Below, piece after piece: positions 26,188 to 38,981 of a stretch of DNA of 64,000 nt. Source of the DNA: Macrostomum hystrix (lineage: Eukaryota; Animalia; Platyhelminthes); the NCBI GenBank assembly GCA_950097015.1, contig CATNEN010000011.1, positions 4,774,001 through 4,838,000 of the forward strand, read 5' to 3'. Below the pieces are notes generated by a model, which ran no database searches, was not told the origin of the DNA, and saw nothing but the letters and a program-made list of their open reading frames with translations. A program made the translations under genes and the position numbers. Each line of letters opens with the position of its first letter. Position 1 is the first letter of the stretch.

Positions 26188-28677
26188 ATGAGAGTCAAGG
26201 ATCGCAATCAGATTGACTGTCTGCCTTGCGAGCAGCGCCAAATGGAATCTGGCCTGCCAGTGTTCAAGGTCATTGATGACACTGATGCCTCAGATCCATT
26301 CCTGCTGTTTGATCACATTGGCCCAGTGACTTTTCAACCAGGAGAGGCAGTTGGGGCTGCCGACCATCCGCATAGGTGAGGCTTGACTGTTTTGCTCTAA
26401 CAGACAATTAAACCTTTGTAGAAAGAGAATCGCCGTTCTTTTACAATTTTTAAGATGATCCCATTTCTTAACTTTAGAGTCCTGTGCCATTTCACTGCTA
26501 ACAGTGATTCCCTTTGCTACAAGAGATTATCCTGTCCCCATACTCTATTCTAATACTATAATTCCATACTATAAATTATCCTCATTCCCTAGCACCATAG
26601 AAGAGATTATATTCCAAGAAATTTTCACTTTCTCTCAGAGAGATTATCCCTTCAGCTACAAGAGATTATCCCTCAACTACAAGAGATTATCCCTTCAGCT
26701 ACAAGAGATTATCCCTTCAGCTACAAGAGATTATCCCTCAACTACAAGAGATTATCCCTTCAGCTACAAGAGATTATCCCTCAACTACAAGAGATTATCT
26801 CTGAAGCTGCAAGAGATTATCCCTCAGCTACAAGAGATTATCCCTCAACTACAAGAGATTATCCCTTCAGCTACAAGAGATTATCCCTTCAGCTACAAGA
26901 GATTATCCCTCAACTACAAGAGATTATCCCTTCAGCTACAAGAGATTATCCCTCAACTACAAGAGATTATCTCTGAAGCTGCAAGAGATTATCCCTCAGC
27001 TACAAGAGATTATCCCTCAACTACAAGAGCTTATCCCTGAAGCTGCAAGAGATTACCCCTGAAGCTGCAAGAGATTATCCCTCAGCTACAAGAGATTATC
27101 CCGGAAGCATTAAGAGATTATCCCTCAGCTACAAGAGATTATCCCTCAGCTACAAGAGATTATTCCTTCAGATATAAGAGATTTATTCCTTTATTTACAA
27201 GAGATTATCCCTCAGCTACAAGAGATTATCCCTCAGCTACAAGAGATTATTCCTTCAGATATAAGAGATTTATTCCTTTATTTACAAGAGATTATCCCTT
27301 CAGCTGAATTATCCCCTGCTCCCACCCGCAGAGGCATGGAGCTGATCAGTGTGCTGCTACAGGGCAGCATTCATCACGCCGACAGCATCGGGCACGACAG
27401 CGTCCTGCCAGCTGGCAGTGTGCAGCACATTCGCTTCGGCCGTGGCCTTGTCCACTTTGAAATGCCCGGCCCGAGCCTGGTGCAAACTGGCGGCACCCTG
27501 GAGGGCTACCAGATCTGGGTGAACCTGCCACCTGCTGACAAACTCTGCAGCCCAGTTTACACCGAAATTCCGCCAGACGATGTGCCCCGCGTCAGAACCG
27601 AAGACGGCGGCGCCGAGGTTCGAGTCCTGGCCGGCTCCAGCCAGGGCGTTGAAGGCGCCGTCGGATTTGTCACGCCAGTCATGCTGCTGGATGTTCGGCT
27701 CCTGCGACGGGGAGCCACCGTGAAACTCGAGGTCAGTCTGCAGTGCCTGTTAATTGCATTTACCATTCTCTATGCGTTCCACTCGTTGTCTCTCTGTCCC
27801 CTGTCCCTTTGTCTCTCTGTCCCTCTGTCCTTCTGTCCCTCTGTCTCTCTTCCTCTCTGTCCCTCTGTCCCTGTCCCTCTGTCTCTCTATCCCTTTGTCC
27901 CTCTGTCCCTCTGTCCCTCTGTCTCTCTGTCTCTCTGTCTCTCTGTCCCTCTGTCCCTCTGTCTCTCTGTCCCTCTGTCCCTCTGTCCCTCTATCCCTCT
28001 GTCTCTCTGTCCCTCTGTCCCTCTGTCCCTCTGTCTCTCTGTCCCTCTGTCCCTCTGTCTCTCTGTCCCTCTGTCCCTCTGTCCCTCTGTCTCTCTGTCT
28101 CTCTGTCCCTCTGTCTCTCTGTCCCTTTGTCTCTCTGTCCCTCTGTCCCTTTGTCTCTCTGTCCCTTTGTCCCTCTGTCCCTCTGTCTATCCTTCCACTT
28201 GTGCATTTAAATCCAGTTTTATCTACTATAAGTAGTGAATTTCGCACGCAAAGGTGGGCAGCAATCTCTCATTTATCACTGCAGGTGCCCGAGCAGTACG
28301 AATGCGTATTCGCCTACTGTTTCGCCGGCTCCGGCGCAATTGTTGGCGGCCGTTCTTTGCCAAAAAATTGCAAAGCCACCATTGGCCAAGGCGAGTCAAT
28401 CATCCTGTCAACTGATAACGAGCCCTGCCACCTGTTAATTGGCGCCGGTTTGCCAGTCAGGGAGCCGGTTGTCAAGTACGGCCCATTCGCCATGTCAACT
28501 GAGCAGGAAATCCGGGAGGCTGTGCAGGACTATCGCCAGGGCCTCATGGGCGAGTGCCCGCCACCTGGTGCCCAAGCCAGGCAGCGACAGATCGAGGCCG
28601 CCCTGGCACTGCAACGGGCCAATAGCGCCGATTCGGCTGGCCCAGCCAATCACGGACACGCTGACGGGCGCGACTGA
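26188..28677 (+). CDS. PIR: Pirin (cupin-fold iron protein), about 326 aa. Exons 26188-26375, 27332-27731, 28285-28677.
   Basis: DPFLLFDH...DHPHRG across intron 1, RGLVHFEMP (iron ligands H-x-H and H-x-E intact), QIWVNLP, EPVVKYGPFAMST. GT-AG introns of phase 2 and 0. Confidence 0.92.
26635..27310. repeat. 21-bp minisatellite CAAGAGATTATCCCTCAGCTA in pirin intron 1
   Basis: About 30 variant units running up to the polypyrimidine tract of the acceptor. Confidence 0.96.
27787..28190. repeat. (CTGTCCCT/CTGTCTCT)n 8-bp repeat in pirin intron 2
   Basis: About 50 units. Confidence 0.96.
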
Positions 28678-28804
28678 ACTCTGTTTGGCTGCGTACCATT
28701 CTATGGCCTAAACTATAAGCTGGGAAATTTAAATTCCGCTTACTTCATCAGTTCTAAAGCTTGGCTTTCCTATATTCGTCCTTTTTATATGTTTTTTCTC
28801 ATTT

Positions 28805-28978
28805 CATACATCTTCCCTCCTCTTCCCTCTCCTCCCTCCTCTTTCCTTTTCTTCTCTCCTCCCCTCCTCCTCCCTCTCCTCCCATCCTCTTCCCTTTACT
28901 CCCCTCCTCTTCCATTTCCTCCCCTCCTCTTCCCTCTTGTTCTCTCCTCCCTTTTCCGTCTCCTTCCCTCCCCTTAAT
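28805..28978. repeat. Polypyrimidine (CCT/CT-rich) low-complexity tract downstream of pirin
   Basis: Almost purely C/T on the + strand. Confidence 0.85.
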
Positions 28979-29914
28979 TTTATAATCTTGCAGATTTCAG
29001 GTTCTAGTCAAGCTTGTATGATTTTTATTTCCAATAATCGTAATCGGATACTAATGTTCTTGTGTGCTCATAGCAGATATTTTTGGCTTCATTTATTGTG
29101 CTTCGATATAAACATTTTAATGAGATCATTTAGAGATTAACGAAATTTCAGATTTAAAAAATAACATTGAACCCATATCAAGGTTAGATACTCGTAGATA
29201 GATTGATAGAAATTACAGCAGATGTACAGCAGTCCAGTCCATGGACTAGGGACAACCACCCGAACTTCTACTCAAACAGATGCAGGTATAAACCATCATT
29301 TTGCAAGCCGCCTTTTATTAAATACGAGCGTATATTACAGTATACCAAAGTCAGTTACTAGTAATAGTTACTACTTATATCAGGACATTCGCTTCAAGCT
29401 TCAAAAACATTTCTAAAAAGACAAAAGCCTATTTTTTCTGACGTGCCTAGCAACTAGCTTTTTTCACCCATTACTGAAACATCGTCTAAATAGTTTTATT
29501 TTATTGTAAAGCCTAGTTAAAGACAATTCTGATTTCAAGCACGGGTCTATTTTCACGAGTGTACTTTTTGGAAGACAATAGCAAGCAAGGAATAGTATTT
29601 CTAGTTAAAAAAGATGCAGCATATTAATATCTGATTAGTGTGGCCGAGAAATATAAGTTTATAAAAATAAAATCCAAAAATGTTTTGAAAATGAACTTAC
29701 CTGCAGATTAAATTTGTGTAGCAAATACCAGATTACATTCGTGTTTCCATAGATTTATGTCTCTGTTGCACAGCCTTTAGAATACTAAAATTGTAGGCGG
29801 CTGACTCATGTGGACCTATTAGACATATGTTTGCTTGTTAGACAAATTCGTTTATTTTTCAGACACCTATGTTACCTGTTAGACACGAATAATAATATTT
29901 TAGATACATTTTCT

Positions 29915-31040
29915 GTGTTGGACACAGATGTTCACGTGTTAGACACAGATGTTCACGTGTTGGACACAGATGTTCACGTGTTAGACACAAATGTTCACGT
30001 GTTGGACACAGATGTTCACGTGTTGGACACAGATGTTCACGTGTTAGACACAAATGTTCACGTGTTGGACACAGATTTTCACGTGTTAGACACAAATGTT
30101 CACGTGTTAGACACAAATGTTCACGTGTTAGAAACAGATGTTCATGTGTTGGACACAGATGTTCACGTGTTGGACACAGATGTTCACATGTTAGACACAG
30201 ATGTTCACATGTTAGAAACAGATGGTCACGTGTTGGACACAGATGGTCACGTGTTGGACACAGATGTTCACATGTTAGAAACAGATGGTCACGTGTTGGA
30301 CACAGATGGTCATGTGTTGGACACAGATTTTCACGTGTTGGACACAGATGTTCACGTGTTAGACACAGATGTTTACGTGTTGGACACAGATGTTCACGTG
30401 TTAGACACAGATGTTCACGTGTTGGACACAGATGTTCACGTGTTGGACACAGATGTTCACGTGTTAAACACAGATGTTCACGTGTTGGACACAGATGTTC
30501 ACGTGTTAGACACATATGTTCACGTGTTAGACACATATGTTCACGTGTTAGACACATATGTTCACGTGTTAGACACAGATGTTCACGTGTTAGACACATA
30601 TGTTCACGTGTTGGACACAGATGTTCACGTGTTAGACACAGATGTTCACGTGTTGGACACAGATGTTCACGTGTTAGACACAAATGTTCACGTGTTAGAA
30701 ACAGATGGTCACGTGTTGGACACAGATGGTTACGTGTTGGAAACAGATGGTCACGTGTTAGACACATATGTTCACGTGTTAGAAACAGATGTTCACGTGT
30801 TAGAAACAGATGTTCACGTCTTAGAAACAGATGTTCACGTGTTAGAAACAGATGTTCACGTGTTAGAAACAGATGTTCACGTGTTGGACACAGATGGTCA
30901 CGTGTTGGACACAGATGGTCACGTGTTGGACACAGATGGTCACGTGTTGGACACAGATGTTCATGTGTTGGACACAGGTATTCACGTGTTGGACAAAGAT
31001 GGTCACGTGTTAGACACAGATGTTCACGTGTTGGACACAG
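29915..31040. repeat. 21-bp minisatellite GTTGGACACAGATGTTCACGT
   Basis: About 53 variant units, nearly all containing CACGTG; source of the VLDTDVH ORF. Confidence 0.97.
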
Positions 31041-31609
31041 CTGTAAGGCACAAATTTAACCTTTTGCAAACTGATGCTTACCTTTTAGATAAGTTGTTCA
31101 CGTGTTAGATACATCTGAGAAATGCTAAAGTTTATGTTTTACAATGCGAAGAAGATTAACATGACTGTTATCAATACTACTCATTTCGCTGTTCTACAGT
31201 TAATGTGCCTTTTAATATAGTTTTTATGAATGAATTTTTTAATATTAAATCTGGCTTTTCGAAAGTATTTAAACAAAAAATGTAATAATTATCTCTTTCG
31301 GTTATAATAAACCGTTATCTAATATATTAAGCTTATTTTATCTAACCTTTGTCAATATACCTAGAGCTTCACCGTCTGTCTACGCAAATTTATTTTTGCT
31401 ACTGTAAGTTTGCTGCCTTATCTACTAACAACCCTATTAGTTGAAACACATTACCTACGATTGTAGTAAATATTCGCAAGATATTAATATACTCATTTTT
31501 GCTTTACTTCTTGTTGTTTCTAGAAACTTTCTTATTACTAAACAATTCATTTTTTCTACTGACGTCCTTATTGATTTCTATGAAACTTATAGGCCATTGG
31601 ATTGCGAGT

Positions 31610-32960
31610 TCATACCACTGGATAGAATAAACAGAATGGATTGCTAGTCCATACCACTGGATAGAATAAACAGAATGGATTGCTAGTCCATACCACTGGA
31701 TAGACTAAACAGAATGGATTGCTAGTCCATACCACTGGATAGAACAAACAGAATGGATTGCTAGTCCATAACACTGGATAGACTAAACAGAATGGATTGC
31801 TAGTCCATACCACTGGATAGAATAAACAGAATGGATTGCTAGTCCATACCACTGGATAGAATACACAGAATGGATTGCTAGTCCATACCACTGGATAGAA
31901 CAAACAGAATGGATTGCTAGTCCATACCACTGGATGGAATAAACAGAATGGATTGCTAGTCCATACCACTGGATAGAATAAACAGAATGGATTGCTAGTC
32001 CATACCACTGGATAGAATAAACAGAATGGATTGCTAGTCCATACCACTGGATAAAATAAACAGAAAGGATTGCTAGTCCATACCACTGGATAGACTAAAC
32101 AGAATGGATTGCTAGTCCATACCACTGGATAGAATAAACAGAATGGATTGCTAGTCCATACCACTGGATAAAATAAACAGAATGGATTGCTAGTCCATAC
32201 CACTGGATAAAATAAACAGAATGGATTGCTAGTCCATACCACTGGATAGACTAAACAGAATGGATTGCTAGTCCATACCACTGGATAGAATAAACAGAAT
32301 GGATTGCTAGTCCATACCACTGGATAGAATAAACAGAATGGATTGCTAGTCCATACCACTGGATAGAACAAACAGAATGGATTGCTAGTCCATACCACTG
32401 GATAGAATAAACAGAATGGATTGCTAGTCCATACCACTGGATAGAATAAACAGAATGGATTGCTAGTCCATACCACTGGATAGAATAAACAGAATGGATT
32501 GCTAGTCCATACCACTGGATAGAACAAACAGAATGGATTGCTAGTCCATAACACTGGATAGACTAAACAGAATGGATTGCTAGTCCATACCACTGGATAG
32601 AATAAACAGAATGGATTGCTAGTCCATACCACTGGATAGAATACACAGAATGGATTGCTAGTCCATACCACTGGATAGACTAAACAGAATGGATTGCTAG
32701 TCCATACCACTGGATAGAATAAACAGAATGGATTGCTAGTCCATACCTCTGGATAGAATAAACAGAATGGATTGCTAGTCCATACCACTGGATAGAATAA
32801 ACAGAATGGATTGCTAGTCCATACCACTGGATTGCTAGTCCATACCTCTGGATAGAATAAACAGAATGGATTGCTAGTCCATACCTCTGGATAGAATAAA
32901 CAGAATGGATTGCTAGTCCATACCTCTAGATAGAATAAACAGAATGGATTGCTAGTCTAT
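31610..32960. repeat. 39-bp minisatellite AGAATAAACAGAATGGATTGCTAGTCCATACCACTGGAT
   Basis: About 34 units with a repeated order of variants. Confidence 0.97.
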
Positions 32961-33654
32961 TGCTAGTCTGGACAGAATCTCCCGGACGTCTAATATTTAT
33001 TCCACTAAAATGCTTAGGTGCGGTTATGACTAAAGAATTAAACAAATGACCGGTTTATAAGCCGTTTGTTGAGGCTTGATATAAGCTTCTAGAATGAGCT
33101 AAAAGCATTAGTGCATCCGTTCTTGTATACATCTTTCTGTTAGTTCTTGAATATTTTTCATCAGTCTCTTCTCCCCATCCGAATTTCAATAATGACAGCC
33201 TAGGATTTCACAGCAGCTAGTCCGAAAGAATTAAATTCCGAAGCCTTTTGAATTTTGATTTCTTTCTGCTCACCTTATTAATTAAATGCTTTTAATTTTC
33301 TCATATTTTTAATAAATTGTCTGAGTACAATATTTAAATTATATACAATGTGTAACCTTCTGCTCAGATTTTTCGCTTTAATTTCATCTGCAGCTGAACT
33401 GCTCAACGACTCTAAACCTGAGTAAGTAAGTGAGCCTTCCTTGCCTTCAGGGCTGCTGGATAATGAGAACTGACAGAGGATCTCAAATGGGATATGCGTA
33501 GCGACAATTAGCAACAAAGTCCCTTGGGAAATTTCTAGGGAAATCGAGAACAGCTCGAGAAATTTTCACAAAAACTGCCGGGCGGTCACTTGAAGGATAA
33601 ACTCATCCTTTTTGCTCAAACTGGGACACTTTCTGATGTCAAAATCTTGCTTTT

Positions 33655-35122
33655 AAACAGAATGGATTGCTAATCTATCTGATAAGAACAGAATGGATTG
33701 CTAATCAATCTGATAAGAACTGAATGGATTGCTAATCAATCTGATAAGAACCGAATGGATTGCTAATCAATCTGATAAGAACTGAATGGATTGCTAATCT
33801 ATTGATAAGAACTGAATGGATTGCTAATCTATCTGATAAGAACTGAATGGATTGCTAATCTATCTGATAAGAACTGAATGGATTGCTAATCTATCTGATA
33901 AGAACTGAATGGATTGCTAATCTATCTGATGAGAACTGAATGGATTGCTAATCTATCTAATTAGAACCGAATGGATTGCTAATCTATCTAATAAGAACCG
34001 AATGGATTGCTAATCTATCTGATAACAACCGAATGGATTGCTAATCTATCTGATAAGAACCGAATGGATTGCTAATCTATCTGATAAGAAACGAATGGAT
34101 TGCTAATCAATCTAATAAGAACCGAATGAATTGCTAATCAATCTGATAAGAACCGAATGGATTGCTAATATATCTGATAAGAACCGAATGGATTGCTAAT
34201 CTATCTAATAAGAACCGAATGAATTGCTAATCAATCTGATAAGAACCGAATGGATTGCTAATATATCTGATAAGAACCGAATGGATTGCTAATATATCTG
34301 ATAAGAACCGAATGGATTGCTAATCTATCTGATAAGAAACGAATGGATTGCTAATCTATCTGATAAGAACCGAATGGATTGCTAATATATCTGATAAGAA
34401 CCGAATGGATTGCTAATCTATCTGATAAGAACCGAATGGACTGCTAATATATCTGATAAGAACCGAATGGATTGCTAATCTATCTAATAAGAACCGAATG
34501 GATTGCTAATCTATCTGATAAGAACCGAATGGATTGCTAATCTATTGATAAGAACCGAATGGATTGCTAATCTATCTGATAAGAACCGAATGGATTGCTA
34601 ATCTATCTAATAAGAACCGAATGGATTGCTAATCTATCTAATAAGAACCGAATGGATTGTTAATCTATCTAATAAGAACCGAATGGATTGCTAATCTATC
34701 TAATAAGAGCCGAATGGATTGCTAATCTATCTGATAAGAACCGAATGGATTGCTAATCTATTGATAAGAACCGAATGGATTGCTAATCTATCTGATAAGA
34801 ACCGAATGGATTGCTAATCTATCTAATAAGAACCGAATGGATTGCTAATCTATCTAATAAGAACCGAATGGATTGCTAATCTATTGATAAGAACCGAATG
34901 GGTTGCTAATCTATCTAATAAGAACCGAATGGATTGCTAATCTATCTAATAAGAACTGAATGGATTGCTAATCTATCTGATAAGAACCGAGTGGATTGCT
35001 AATCTATTGATAAGAACCGAATGGGTTGCTAATCTATCTAATTAGAACCGAATGGGTTGCTAATCTATCTAATTAGAACCGAATGGGTTGCTAATCTATC
35101 TAATTAGAACCGAATGGGTTGC
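33655..35122. repeat. 31-bp minisatellite GAACCGAATGGATTGCTAATCTATCTGATAA
   Basis: About 47 units. Confidence 0.97.
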
Positions 35123-36414
35123 TTATCCAGTTCGTAATCAATCGATTGCTAGTCCTTTCCATGTCAGAAACGCTTGATATGATAGCTAATTTATACCCTG
35201 GATACTGCTTATGCATCCTTCAATTAGTCAGCTTTTGTTATCTATTTGAATCTCATTTTCTATTGAAATTACCTCAATCTCCACAATATTCAAGTATTCA
35301 TGCTAGAATGATGCTTCCTACCATGAGATGGTTTGAATTCACATATCTACATGATTTGTAGATATGATACGTGTTATGATTTTGCATCATGTCCCGGAGT
35401 CATGGAGACAGAATATATAATACTGGTTTGAATTGAAGCACACCCACACGCAGGCTAACTAACTGTGTATCCAACTGCTCGGGGCAAAGCCTTCTCAGAA
35501 ATGGATTTTCCCAACCGATTAATTGTACGGCCGGCGCACAGGCAGAGCTCTGGATGAGAAGGATTTGAGCACACTACACTGTATAGAAGCCTTTATACTT
35601 TGCGCTGTGTAATCAATACACTTTCAACAGTATTCGCTGCGTGTGTGGCTGCTGTTGCATTTGTAGATTGTTCTCTATAATAAAGCCAGCTGTTTTCTGT
35701 CAGAAAAATACTTTACTTCAAATCGATTTGTATTCTGTGCCCCTCCCTTCCTCCGCCTATAGTTTGTTGTTCATTCTCATTAAATCACGGACTCTGACTA
35801 GTAGCATTGTCTTTGTCCAAATAGATCATTATTTTTGTCGGTGATGTTCGTGTGCTTTGTCTGAATATCACACTGAATGTCGGACACAAATTCATATAGA
35901 ATTATTGTATGTCAGAAAGAAATGCAAATTTTGCTTATTCAACTGCATTTAATAATTGGTGCGTGATCATAGTCAAGCAAGACCATAGACTATAGGCTTC
36001 TGTGCGGTCCTTCTTCAGTTACCAGTCTTTCTTTATTTGCAAAAGCGACGCAGAAATAAAAAAAGAAGTTTTTGTGTTGCCTTGCGGTGAACCGGATACC
36101 GCCTACAAGAACGAACAATGCCAGGTGATCAAGCTGGCTTTGGAAATCTAATAACAGGAATGAGCGGCAAGTAATGCTTGTATAAAAGAACAAGATTCAA
36201 TAACCAACTCCTGTATTGTGTGGCTGAGGAGGGACACATTGTGGCTGGATATTAAAATTTATATTTTATCTTCTTTATTAGACTGCGTGACTGCGTGGCG
36301 TCAGCAATATCATCAGCAGAACAACGGAAAAAATTTATCCTTTTTAGAAGACAAACATTATTAGCTACATTATTTTTATCTGCTTGTTTAAACGCTGAAC
36401 CAATTATCATCATT

Positions 36415-36800
36415 GTACACAGATCCGCCTACAGTAATTGGACACAGATCCGCCTACAGTAATTGGACACTGATCCGCCTACAGTAATTGTACACAGATC
36501 CGCCTACAGTAATTGTACACTGATCCGCCTACAGTAATTGGACACAGATCCGCCTACAGTAATTGGACACAGATCCGCCTACAGTAATTGTACACTGATC
36601 CGCCTACTATTAATTTACACTGATCCGCCAACAATGAATGTTCACTGATCCGCCTATACACAGTGTACACTGACCCGCCTACACGCAATGTACACTGATC
36701 CGCCTACACGCAATGTACACTGATCCGCCTACACACAATGTACACTGACCCGCCTACACGCAATGTACACTGATCCGCCTACTATCATTGTACACCGACC
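36415..36800. repeat. 25-bp minisatellite ACACAGATCCGCCTACAGTAATTGG
   Basis: About 15 units that diverge progressively. Confidence 0.94.
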
Positions 36801-37418
36801 TTTGAACACCGAAATTTTTAATTAAACCAGAGCTTTATTAAACTGCAAGCCCAGCTTGAAGTGACAATCCATTTGAAGTACAACCCTACATGGAGAGTAA
36901 TCTATACGGGTCGCATATCAATATCCTCATACTGCTCCCAGTCCATGCCAGCAGAACTCATCCATTTCTGATCCCTAATCGGCAAAGTCACTCTACGCAA
37001 AGCGGCAATAAGAAGACGGGTGGATTCTAAAAGTGAACTTTGTTCCCCTAGAGCTTCCCGACCAGACAAATCCTTCACCCGAGTCGCTTTACTGTCGCAT
37101 TATTTGGCTGACCATCCTTCAAGTGGCTGCAGACCAACAAAATAAAAGTACAAATGTTGCCGATCGAATCCCATGCAGCTTCTGACTCAAACATTCAACT
37201 GGATGTTTGAGATGCGGATTTAGACTCTGGCCGGCTGCTTGACAGCTGTGTCAATGCCATTGGCTGCGAGCCGGCGGCTGTTCTGAGGAGGTCGAATTAG
37301 AAAACTATGAGCCGATGGGCATATATTACAGTCTCCTGAGCTCTGCATCAGCCCCCGCTTTGAGAAATCCTGTTATTTTTCTAGTTCACCTTTGTTTGTA
37401 AGTGAGAATATTTTTGTT

Positions 37419-38903
37419 ATGCCTCTGGACACCTTTGGGACTGCTCAAGCGATTAGCGATGATAACTACACCTACAATGGCAGCGACGTCGGCTTGTCGA
37501 CGGCCCAACCGCCGACCACCGCCCATCCAGCAGAGCCGTATGTGTACATCCCACTGTCAACAGTGAACGCCATCTTGTCCGCTTTCTCTGCGCTGTTTTT
37601 TCTCGTGAAGGACAAAGCGGTGCATCCGGTTCTGCGGCGTCTAGTCGTGACGATGTCGGTGTTCGAGCTGCTGTTCCACCTGTCCGTGATTGTCACCTAC
37701 GTCAGCCAGCTGGCACACTACAGTTCAGCTGCTAGTGAGACCCCAGCCGAGATGCTGGCTTTGTATACTTTGCTGAGGTTCTCGCTAACAATGCGCAACT
37801 GGACCATGGGGCTGATCTCCTGGTCCAGGGTTGAGGCCGTGTTCAATCCCGTGAGCAGTCGATCCGGTGGCACCGTGTTCAAGCCGGCCTACCTGGTTGC
37901 CATGGAAACAATGGCCGCCATCGTGGGCCTAGCGCTGAGTCTGCTCATGGTGCTGGCGCAGGACGCGGCGTCTACAGCCCGCTTGGGTTGGACACCGGTC
38001 CAGGTGCACGCCATCGAGGTGGTGTTCTACACTTACCAGGGCATGCTACCGATCCTGTCCATTCTGGTTGCCACGGTGATTACTGTCGCGGTGTTGCGCA
38101 ACGCCAGCAGGCTTCGCAAACGTCTGTGCAGGCCTGAGTCCAACGCAAAGCAGGTCAAGCAGAGGGGACGATTTCGAGACAGGTGCAAGGGAACATTATC
38201 CAAGCAGGAGCAGGCCGCGATGCGTATTGGAAATGGCGCACCTGATCTGGATTGTACCAAGGACAAGGATGTTGTCAAATATCAGGATCTGGTTATTCAT
38301 CAAGATCGGGATCGGGACTCAACGGAGAATTCTGTCAGGGATCCCCGAAAATTAAATCTGAGTCGAGAAGAGGACCAAGATTTGATCCAACCAGCTGAGC
38401 AGCACCAGCCCAGCCACCACTCCGACCTGATGCCGAGCTCTCGCAGACGTCAGCAGCTGCCGCCGACGGCAGCCTTTACCGAACGCGCCGGGGCGCACCG
38501 CAAAGCCAGCAGCAACAAGAACAGCTACAGCCGGCGGCAGGCCAAGCGGGAGCGCGCCAGCGTCCGCCTCATCGTGGCGCTGTCCCTCACCTGCCTGATC
38601 CTGGAAAGTCCCACGGATGTGTTCGGCTTTGTGAAAAACAAGGCGCCACTAACCGAGCTAGTTGTCAATACTCTGGTGGAGGTGGACTCGTTGTGCAACT
38701 TTTTTATCTACACCTGCACCACCTCCATCCTGAGGCAGTTCTGTAGGCGTCGCGGCGGCGCAGCGGGTCGATTGGCGGCCGCCAGAATCAGCGGCTGCGC
38801 GGCTGGCGGCGCGTTGACGAGCACACCGCGGCAGCAGACGCTGACGGGCGGCGGTTGCGCCACATTCCAGCAGAGCTGCAGCCCCTCACCAAATCATCAC
38901 CAT

Positions 38904-38934
<31 letters not shown>

Positions 38935-38981
38935 CAGCAATGCTCAGCCAACAGACTCTGAGCGCCGCTAGCAGCAGTTGA
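37419..38981 (+). CDS. Intronless orphan rhodopsin-family (class A) GPCR, about 520 aa
   Basis: N-terminal N-x-S/T sites (NYT, NGS) and seven hydrophobic segments. TM3 MRNWTMGLISWSRVEAVFNP (a DRY-equivalent variant), a long basic ICL3, TM6 LIVALSLTCLILESP, and TM7 DSLCNFFIY. Confidence 0.82.

Noticed and set aside
29220-33421. Short AG...GT segments (about 29221-29284 and 33395-33420) as possible 5' UTR exons of the GPCR
   Set aside because: Splice-like motifs alone are too common; they cannot be supported without transcript data.
31610-35122. Regular 31-39-bp palindromic repeats that superficially resemble CRISPR arrays
   Set aside because: The units are contiguous with no unique spacers, there are no cas genes, and the context is eukaryotic.
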